Source: a bacterium (GTDB taxonomy: Bacteria > Fidelibacterota > UBA8477 > JABMPR01). Taken from it: a DNA stretch of 15,567 bases. Where the stretch lies: NCBI GenBank assembly GCA_013202895.1, contig JABMPR010000293.1, positions 1-15,567 on the forward strand, given 5' to 3'. This document shows positions 1 through 7,700 of the stretch, piece after piece (position 1 is the first letter of the stretch; each line of letters opens with the position of its first letter). Below the pieces are notes generated by a model. The model made no database searches, had not been told where the DNA came from, and saw only the letters and a list, made by a program, of their open reading frames with translations. Made by a program: the position numbers and the translations under genes.

Positions 1-10
1 GAATTTCAAA

Positions 11-1828
11 ATGGGTGTGATGAATAAAATGCGGGACAACATGGCCGGGATTATGATTTTTCTGGTTATTGTTTTCGTGCTAACCATGACGGTCGGTGGA
101 TTAGTAGGTGGAGCCAATGTCATGGATCTTCTCGGTGGGGATCAGCCCAATGCTTTCACGCTTATAAATGGCGAAGAATTGACACGTGAAAGTTTCATGC
201 GCTCACTCCAGAACGAACGTGAAAATTTCCGTCAGAGAAATGGCAGCGAGCCAACCGAGCAGCAAATGGTCCAGATGACTGATCAGGTTTGGGAAACGAT
301 GGTTACTCAGATTCTCATTCGCCAGACAATTGAAGATCAAGATCTGACAACCTCTCCTGACGAGATTCGATACTACTTTACCGAGAATGTACACCCTACG
401 GTTCGTCAATATTTTATGTCTGAGGCCGGTGAATTCGATTACGATGCATATCAGCAAGCCATAAACTCACCTGAAGCAGCTAATTTTTTCGCAGCCATGC
501 GTCTGCAGGTAGCCGCTGTTGTCCCTGTTGAGAAATTACAGCAGAAAATTTTTGCCGGGGCTCATGTTTCAGAAGCTGAAGTACGTGCGGAATATACCCG
601 CAACCAGATCAACTACGATTTCGATTACCTTTTTGTTAAAACAAGTCTATGGAAAGATGCTGAAATTGAATTCTCCGATGCTGAAATTAATAACTATTAC
701 GATCTGAACATCGATAGCTACACGCAGGATGAGACTCGTACTCTGAAATATGTTGCAATTGAGATAAAAGCTACGGAGGGCGACACCACCAGAGCATTGA
801 ATCTCATCAATGATGTGAAAGAGGAAATTCTTGGTGGTGCTAGCTTTGAATCCATGGCTCAAATTCATTCAGAGGGACCAACCAGTACTGATGGCGGTTA
901 TTTAGGGTGGTTCGGGAAGGGCAAAATGGCGCCCGCATTCGAGGAAGCTTCATTTAGTGCCCCAGTTGGTGAAATCGTTGGACCCGTACTGACTCAGTTT
1001 GGATATCATTTAATTAAAGTTGAGGCCAGCCGGGTACAGGATGGAGTCCCCGAGGTAGAAGCTCGTCATATTCTGGTTGAGATCCGACCAAGCGAGACCA
1101 GCCGTGAGAAAATTCGCCGTGAATTAAAGAATCTGGAATTTCTGGCAGATGAATTAGGATTTGAGAAGGCAGTTGATTCATTAGCCCTTGATGTTAAGAC
1201 TTCAAATAAATTGCGCTTGAAGGACACCTTTATTTCAGGTATCGGTTCTTTTCAATCCGCTGTACGTTATGCTTATCTTTCGGACACAACTTCTCACAGT
1301 AGAGTCATGCAAAATGAATCTCATTTTGCTTTGTTCTCTCTTTCTGAGATTGACCCAGCTGGTCCACGCCCTTTTGACCAGGCCAAAGTCACGATCAAAC
1401 GTAAGATGATCAATGAGAAGAAGCAGGAATTGGCTAAAACAGCTGCAGAACAATTGGTAGCAGGCTTACCGGCTGAAGGTTCCTGGGCTGAGATCAAAAT
1501 TGAAGGCCGAGATGACTTGACTTATGAGGAAATACAGGGTGCCAAAGGGAATGCTGGGATAAAGGGATTAGGTCGTTATCAAGAGATCTATGGATTCATT
1601 GAGAATGCTAATGTAGGAAGTATTTCTCCAGTTTTTGACACACCTAGAGGAGCAGTTATCGTGCGTCTTAACGCTCGTGCTGATTTTGATGAAACAGATT
1701 ATGTTAGTCAATACGATGAATTGCAAACTACACTATATCAATCTCGACAAACTGAAGTCTGGAATAATTACCTGGAATCATTGCGTGAAAATGCAGATGT
1801 GATTGATAACCGTCTTCGCATGCTCTAA
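11..1828 (+). CDS. ppiD: PpiD-like periplasmic chaperone / peptidyl-prolyl cis-trans isomerase (N-terminal membrane anchor, SurA-N-like region, one parvulin domain)
   Basis: 605-aa ORF. The N-terminal hydrophobic anchor (AGIMIFLVIVFVLTMTVGGLVGG) is typical of PpiD. The parvulin rotamase signature is GGYLGWFGKGKMAPAFEEASFSAPVGEIVGPVLTQFGYHLIKVE. The start is ambiguous (ATG at 11, 20 or 29) because only 10 nt of upstream sequence is visible. Confidence 0.8.
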   Translation: MGVMNKMRDNMAGIMIFLVIVFVLTMTVGGLVGGANVMDLLGGDQPNAFTLINGEELTRESFMRSLQNERENFRQRNGSEPTEQQMVQMTDQVWETMVTQILIRQTIEDQDLTTSPDEIRYYFTENVHPTVRQYFMSEAGEFDYDAYQQAINSPEAANFFAAMRLQVAAVVPVEKLQQKIFAGAHVSEAEVRAEYTRNQINYDFDYLFVKTSLWKDAEIEFSDAEINNYYDLNIDSYTQDETRTLKYVAIEIKATEGDTTRALNLINDVKEEILGGASFESMAQIHSEGPTSTDGGYLGWFGKGKMAPAFEEASFSAPVGEIVGPVLTQFGYHLIKVEASRVQDGVPEVEARHILVEIRPSETSREKIRRELKNLEFLADELGFEKAVDSLALDVKTSNKLRLKDTFISGIGSFQSAVRYAYLSDTTSHSRVMQNESHFALFSLSEIDPAGPRPFDQAKVTIKRKMINEKKQELAKTAAEQLVAGLPAEGSWAEIKIEGRDDLTYEEIQGAKGNAGIKGLGRYQEIYGFIENANVGSISPVFDTPRGAVIVRLNARADFDETDYVSQYDELQTTLYQSRQTEVWNNYLESLRENADVIDNRLRML

Positions 1829-1852
1829 CTCCTGATCAAAATATTTTAAAAT

Positions 1853-1875
1853 GGGGAGTTTGCTCCCCGTTTTTT
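1853..1875 (+). terminator. Rho-independent terminator downstream of the ppiD-like gene
   Basis: Perfect 6-bp GC-rich stem GGGGAG (1853-1858) / CTCCCC (1863-1868), loop TTTG, followed by G + T6 (1869-1875). It lies 25 nt after the stop codon. Confidence 0.8.
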
Positions 1876-1972
1876 ATTTATCCGCTTATTGAATACATCC
1901 ACAGCTAAATAAGACTTTATATTTTCTAAGCATTAATTATGTTGTCGTAATTGTTTCATCAAGGAGGATATG

Positions 1973-2404
1973 ATGTCTCGCGTAAAAATCGCATTTCTTG
2001 TTTTTGCAGGAATATTAATCATCATGCAATTAATTCCACTTAACCAGACTAACCCTCCCGTAGTTCAGAATGTGGCAGCACCCGTCCTAATCTCTGAAAT
2101 TTTAAAAACATCCTGCTATGATTGTCATTCCAACGAAACTATTTGGCCCTGGTATAGTCGTATTGCTCCCGGATCATTCCTTATCACTCGAGATGTGAAG
2201 ATGGGCCGTCAGCATCTGAATTTTTCTGAATTTTCGGATTTAGATTCCTTTGATAGTACAGATATTGCAGACGATCTAATCGAAGTACTCGAAGCTGGTG
2301 ATATGCCTGTAATCCAATATTTACTCCTGCATCCAAGTGCCAGCCTGAGAGATAGTGAGTCGCAAGCTTTATTGCAATGGGTTGAAACACTTTATCCTGA
2401 ATAA
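1973..2404 (+). CDS. Small membrane-anchored/periplasmic haem-binding-domain protein (Haem_bd-type, single CxxCH)
   Basis: It has an N-terminal signal/anchor (KIAFLVFAGILIIMQLIPL). CYDCH lies at nt 2114-2128 within CYDCHSNETIWPWYSRIAPGSFLITRDVKMGRQHLNFSEF, which matches my recollection of the Haem_bd family pattern (C-x-D-C-H-S-N..PWYS..P......DV..G...LNFSE). A strong SD, AAGGAGG, lies at 1961-1967. It is 5 nt from the ATG at 1973 and only 2 nt from the ATG at 1970, so I prefer 1973. Confidence 0.75.
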   Translation: MSRVKIAFLVFAGILIIMQLIPLNQTNPPVVQNVAAPVLISEILKTSCYDCHSNETIWPWYSRIAPGSFLITRDVKMGRQHLNFSEFSDLDSFDSTDIADDLIEVLEAGDMPVIQYLLLHPSASLRDSESQALLQWVETLYPE

Positions 2405-2449
2405 AGCAACAGTCAATTATAGATAAGAAAGGGCAGGCAAAGGTAAAAT

Positions 2450-3280
2450 ATGGATATCGCAACCATAATTGGTTTAATATTTGGTCTGGCATTGGTATTT
2501 TTTGGGATGTCCGAGCCTGGATCAATCTCTCCTCCAGAAACCTTTTTCAATCTACGGGGTTTGGCAATTGTATTAGGTGGAACATTGGCTGCAACTCTGG
2601 TCAATTATCCTTTAAAAAACGTCATCGGTATGCTCAAGGTCTCACTTCAGGCTTTTGCAAATAACAAAGGTGCTCAAAATCCCATGGAGATGATCGCAGA
2701 ATTGGGTACCTATTCTGATCAAGCTCGAAAAAAAGGACTGCACTCATTGGAGAATTTCCTTGAAGGAATCGAAAATCATTATCTGCAAATGGGATTGGCG
2801 AACGCCATCCTTGAAAAAGATTCGAAGAAGCTTGAAAATTTTCTCGATAATGAACTTAATTCAATGATCGACAGACACGCAAATGGGCAGGAGATTTTTT
2901 ACAACATGGGTTCTTATGCCCCTGCCTTTGGACTTCTGGGTACGGTAATGGGGTTGATCCTGATGATGACACGTCAAGCCGGAACATCTTCTGTAGACAG
3001 CTATGCAACAGGGGCTCAAGACTCAATGTCTGCTCTACTCGGGGGTATGGGTATAGCTCTGGTAACCACTTTTTACGGGGTCCTCCTGGCAAACCTGCTT
3101 TTTATTCCAATTGCTGGCAAGCTTAAGACACGGTCCGATGAAGAAGTGCACAGCCTTAAAATAATCAAAGCCGGTATCCTCAGTATTCACTCAAAGGAAC
3201 ACCCACTCATCATGCGTGAGAAGTTGCTAACTTTCGTTGATAAGGACACCAGAAAGAACGATAAGCCAGCGGGCGAATAG
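2450..3280 (+). CDS. motA: MotA/PomA-type stator channel subunit (MotA/TolQ/ExbB superfamily, flagellar-stator-like)
   Basis: 276 aa with a four-TM layout: 2 N-terminal TMs, a ~100-aa cytoplasmic loop, then 2 C-terminal TMs. YAPAFGLLGTVMGLI and ALVTTFYGVLLANLLFIPIAGKL contain equivalents of the conserved MotA prolines (P158, P220). The cytoplasmic ARKKGLHSLE has R93 and E101 with the same +8 spacing as E. coli MotA R90/E98 (KSRQMGMFSLE, recalled from memory). Confidence 0.85.
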   Translation: MDIATIIGLIFGLALVFFGMSEPGSISPPETFFNLRGLAIVLGGTLAATLVNYPLKNVIGMLKVSLQAFANNKGAQNPMEMIAELGTYSDQARKKGLHSLENFLEGIENHYLQMGLANAILEKDSKKLENFLDNELNSMIDRHANGQEIFYNMGSYAPAFGLLGTVMGLILMMTRQAGTSSVDSYATGAQDSMSALLGGMGIALVTTFYGVLLANLLFIPIAGKLKTRSDEEVHSLKIIKAGILSIHSKEHPLIMREKLLTFVDKDTRKNDKPAGE

Positions 3281-3286
3281 CCTAAA

Positions 3287-3991
3287 ATGTCTCATATTTC
3301 CTTTGTTGCCGAGCGAGCCTCCAACTCATGGAAGGTGACCTATAGTGATTTGCTTACCGGTCTGCTTGCATTCTTTCTTTTACTCATTATCAAAGCAGAA
3401 GAAGATGCCAACACCACTTTTAAATTCGCTGATCAGATGAAGAGTGTCATTTACAGCAAAATTGCAAAAGAAAAGCAGGATCGGAACATTGATTGGCTCT
3501 ATGTCGAACACGCAGGACCAAAAGGTATAAAGCTGCTGATACCCTCAGAGATTGGTGAACAAACCTTCTTCGAGTCTGCTGATGATCAGATTGTGATCAA
3601 TTTTATTTTCTACTTACGAACGGTTGCTAGAATTGTTGGTGGCCTGGAGCTGGAAAAAATTCCAGTACGTCATGCTGATGTATTTCGGAAGCTCAAAGCT
3701 GCCGGGAAGGCTATAAAAATAAATGTTCGAATTGAAGGGCATTCAGATGCCGTCCCCTTGGGTAGATCATCCCGCTTCAGGGACAATTGGGATCTATCAA
3801 CCGCCCGAGCCCACCAGGTAATGAAGTTTTTGATGAAAGAGACCCAGATTCCAGATTCCTTTTTCTCAGTGTCTGGCTATGGTCCCTTCCATCCCCTGGT
3901 AGATATGAATAGCTATGATGAGAATCGACGGGTGGAGATCTATCTCGATATTCAAATGATCGATCTGGAAAATGGTAGCAATGTCCGATAA
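3287..3991 (+). CDS. motB: MotB/OmpA-family stator anchor subunit, paralog 1
   Basis: 234 aa, starting 6 nt after the motA stop. It has a single N-terminal TM with the conserved channel Asp (VTYSDLLTGLLAFFLLLI; D21, nt 3347-3349). The C-terminal OmpA-like peptidoglycan-binding domain reads IRIEGHSDAVPLGRSSRFRDNWDLSTARAHQVMKFL...NRRVEIYL. Confidence 0.8.
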   Translation: MSHISFVAERASNSWKVTYSDLLTGLLAFFLLLIIKAEEDANTTFKFADQMKSVIYSKIAKEKQDRNIDWLYVEHAGPKGIKLLIPSEIGEQTFFESADDQIVINFIFYLRTVARIVGGLELEKIPVRHADVFRKLKAAGKAIKINVRIEGHSDAVPLGRSSRFRDNWDLSTARAHQVMKFLMKETQIPDSFFSVSGYGPFHPLVDMNSYDENRRVEIYLDIQMIDLENGSNVR

Positions 3992-4667
3992 TTTGACCAA
4001 GATTGCCGGTCAAGCCCGGGGGAGTTGGGTGCTCTCCTACGGTGACACCATCACGCTGCTCATAACATTTTTTATTATGATGATCACCGTCCGAGCTGGC
4101 CAGATCAATAAGATCCATAGATGGGTCAATGACCGTTTAGATGAGGCGACCCTGGAGGTCCAGGAGGCTATGGATGCTGCCAATATTCAAGAAATCTCCA
4201 TCAGAAGAAATTCAAAGGGTGTGCAGATCACGCTCCAGGATCCCAGACTTTTCGAAGTTGGTTCGGCCCAGCCCCGCAACACCCACATTTATCAACTTGA
4301 TGCTGTCGCAGCTTCAATCCAGAATCTACAAATATTTAATTTGCATAATACTGAACACGCAGCTTTTCTCGAGGAACTTCAATCTTCAGGACTAGACTGG
4401 CTCGCAGAGATTCGGATTGAAGGTCATACTGACAACATGCCATTAACCCGAAATGCTCTCTATCGTGATAACTGGGAACTTAGTGCTGCCCGAGCCCAAT
4501 CAATCATGATCCAGCTACAGCAGCGTACCGGTCTCCCAGCCTCAATTTATGCTATTGGCGGGTTTGGGGAGTTTCAGCCCATTGGAGATAATAATACCCT
4601 GGCAGGACGGGAAATTAATCGTCGAGTTGAGATCTATATTGGGGCTTCTCTGCTGAAAACTTTATAA
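3972..4667 (+). CDS. motB: MotB/OmpA-family stator anchor subunit, paralog 2
   Basis: 231 aa. Its TM carries the conserved Asp (LSYGDTITLLITFFIMMI; D25, nt 4044-4046). The OmpA-like domain reads IRIEGHTDNMPLTRNALYRDNWELSAARAQSIMIQL...NRRVEIYI. The ATG at 3972 (or 3981) overlaps the end of paralog 1 by 20 (or 11) nt, which implies translational coupling. Confidence 0.8.
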   Translation: MVAMSDNLTKIAGQARGSWVLSYGDTITLLITFFIMMITVRAGQINKIHRWVNDRLDEATLEVQEAMDAANIQEISIRRNSKGVQITLQDPRLFEVGSAQPRNTHIYQLDAVAASIQNLQIFNLHNTEHAAFLEELQSSGLDWLAEIRIEGHTDNMPLTRNALYRDNWELSAARAQSIMIQLQQRTGLPASIYAIGGFGEFQPIGDNNTLAGREINRRVEIYIGASLLKTL

Positions 4668-4711
4668 GCTGGCCAGAAAACCTACTCCAACAACTCTATT
4701 AATCATTTTCC

Positions 4712-4739
4712 TTTGTAGTATTCACTTTTGAAGTATAAT
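4712..4739 (+). promoter_or_regulatory. Candidate promoter for the PorU-like gene (perfect TATAAT -10)
   Basis: TATAAT lies at 4734-4739. The -35-like TTTGTA at 4712-4717 is weak (16-bp spacer). The predicted transcription start would lie upstream of the AAGG SD (4781-4784) and the ATG at 4790. This rests on sequence pattern only. Confidence 0.35.
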
Positions 4740-4789
4740 TGATGTCAATGGAATCGGAACATTCCACTCAAAATTTCGTTAAGGTATGC

Positions 4790-7700
4790 ATGAATAGATT
4801 TTGTACCCTCATTTTGTTAACATCATCACTTTTTGCTGGAGATATATCCGTCCTTGAGAAGGACGAGCATAGTATCACCGTGAGATTTACAATTCCTGAG
4901 CCTCAACTTTCCTCATTTGAGATTGGAGATCGATCAGTTCAGTTGCCCCGCTGGTCAAATGCCTACGAGGCATATGACTCATCAAATCAGACCCTTGCGC
5001 CCTTTTTTACTTTACCCCTTATCCTTCCACCTAATGGTGATATCCCAGAGATTCAGATATTGGCATCAGAATTTCTCAGAGATGGGAGACTCTCTAAAGT
5101 TAAGTTTCAGCCCCAAGATCTGGGACCTGCGAACAGATTACCTTCTATTGAAGCAGTCGAAATGATAAACCTGAAAGGGGCCGAAGATTTCAGAGATTAT
5201 AAAACAGCCCGGATTATGGTATATCCTTATTTCATAGCTGGACAACGTTTAAGCAGTCTAACATTCCGCCTTGACTTCCCTGCCTACAGTGGTTCAGAAT
5301 TGAGTCAGGAATCGGACTTGATCCAGGGATATCTAAATGCTGATATGGCTAAGAACTGGGCTAAAACACCTGCATCGTCGCTGGGAAGAACTGCATCAGT
5401 ATGGCCTCAGGGACAATGGTTTCGCTTTCCCATAAATGCTATGGGCATCCACCGTATCAATGTGGCTTCTTTTGGAGATAACCTGCCCGAGACCAATCCA
5501 ATTAGCTGGCAAGTCTATGCTCCCTATTATGAAGGCCAAGCCCTCCCTTTTAGTCTTAGTCATACTGAACCGACACCAGATAATTTCAAAGCGATCAGTA
5601 TGCAAGGTTCCGGGTTGGAGGATGGTGTATTTTCAGATGACGATGAAATTATCTTTTTTGCCCAGGCCCTGAATGGTGACTTCAAAGGGGATAATTTCAC
5701 CCACCTCTTTGGGAAGCAACGCTACTACTGGATCTGTATTCCTTTTGATGATAGTGAGACTGCAAATCAGATTGATTTTCTCCCCAGCTATCTTGGTACC
5801 CATACCGAAACAGTTAGAAGCTACCAAAAGCGCCTATATCATGAAACTGACCTTCATAATCAACTCCATTCCGGTCAGAGCTGGGTTGGTGAAAAACTCA
5901 CCGGCAGTTCAGATCAATTTTATATTTCCTTTTCAGATGATTATCTTGATTTAAGCTCTGAAATCAATCTGAATGTATTATTCAGAATAGATTACGATGT
6001 CGATAATTACCAGGATATTCTTGATGTAGAATTGAATGATATTCCTTTCAATGTCAACCAGATCAAGACTGTCCAGAACAAAAAGATAATTCTCAATGGA
6101 ACTGCTGGTGAAAATTTGATGCGCGATAAAAGCGTGGGTAACAATATTCTCAAGCTAGACTATTCCAGCAATTCTCCCAACTCCATCATATATCTGGATA
6201 GTTTAAGATTTTCGTATGATAGGCAGTTAGCCCCATCATCCGAATATCTTTTTGGTACTGTTGACTTACCTGGCGCTATAAATCGTCTCATTTTTCAGGA
6301 TCTTAGCAGCGGTTTTCAACTCTGGGATATTTCAAATCCATCTAATGTTGTGGAGTGGCAGATTGAGAATAATCTTTATTTGCACCAAGGAACAGGGAAG
6401 CATGAGATCATTGGATTTAATGACGATCAACTCATCGATGTTATCTTAACTGAGACAGCCGACCAGGGAAATCCGCAACTCAGACAGGCTGGCCGACAAG
6501 CTGATTACATAATCATCACCCCTGAGATCTTTCTCGATCAGGCAGAGCGCATTCGTGAATTAAGAGAAGAGCTGGTTCCTGAGGCTGAACAGCTCACCGT
6601 AGAGATCGTTAAAATAAATGATATTTATGATGAATTTTCAGCTGGGACGGTGGATCCGGCTGCAATAAAACATTTTTTACATTATGTATATTTTTCATGG
6701 GATCAATCTAACAGAATAAGATACGTTCTATTTCTTGGAGATACAGACTATGATTATCGCAATATTACCGGACAAAGCAAGATGCTCATACCCACTTTTC
6801 AAAAAGATGGTATCAGCGATATAAGTTCCTACGCAACAGATGATAAATATACTTTCATTGCTTCGGGGATATGGGATGCATTACCAGATATTGCCATTGG
6901 ACGCTATCCAGCTCAGAGGGTGGATCAATTGGAGATTATGATTGATAAACTAATCAGCTATGAACTCACTCCTGAACCTGGGATCTGGCGCAATACAGTA
7001 ACCCTGGTGGCAGATGATCCTCTGCGCCCTAGCAAAACGGTTGAATATGCACATATTACTGATACAGAGAGTCTTGCGGGCATTATTCCTGAAAGCATGC
7101 ATGTGGATAAGGTTTATCTGACTGAATATCCAGAGGTTCAGGATCCAAACTCCCCCTATATCAAAAAACCAAAGGCACGGGATGAATTTCTGCAAAAGCT
7201 ATTTAATGGCACTTTACTTGTAAACTACCTGGGTCATGGGTCTCCTAATGTTTGGGCTCAGGAAGAAGTGTTTACCGTTTCTGATCTGGGTCTTGTCAAG
7301 ACGAACATGCGCCTGCCTTTCTGGGTTGCTGGAACCTGCGATTGGGCTAAATATGATGATGTAAGTTCATCATGCGTACCTGAAGAGCTGATGTTGATGG
7401 AAAGTAATGGTGCAATTGGTATCCTTTCTACAACAAGGAAAACGTTTTCAAGTTACAACCGGATTTTATTGCTTGACTTTTTTGACTTTCTTTTTCCTGA
7501 TAATCAAGCGAGTCGATCGATTCCTGTTGGCGATGCCATCATGATGGCAAAAAATATTACTGCTGGCTCCGATCCGAACAATGAGAAGTATGTCCTATTC
7601 TCTGATCCTGCACTCAGATTAGCGTCGCCTGTTAGGAAAGGGCAAATCCAAAGCGTAACTCCCAGTGTACTCCAGGCAATGGGTAGTGTTAACTTTTCGG

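Noticed and set aside
2450-4667. Alternative readings of the MotA/MotB genes as ExbB-ExbD / TolQ-TolR, or as a Zorya (ZorAB) anti-phage system.
   Set aside because: The A subunit has four TMs with a large cytoplasmic loop carrying the R...E pair of flagellar MotA, rather than the three-TM ExbB/TolQ layout. The B subunits carry OmpA-like PG-binding domains that ExbD and TolR lack. ZorA proteins are much longer, with an extended C-terminal tail, and are accompanied by ZorC/D or ZorE genes. None of these is present.
4669-4676. The palindrome CTGGCCAG just after the second motB stop, considered as a possible terminator.
   Set aside because: It is a loop-less 8-bp palindrome with no following T-run, so it does not form a credible intrinsic terminator hairpin.
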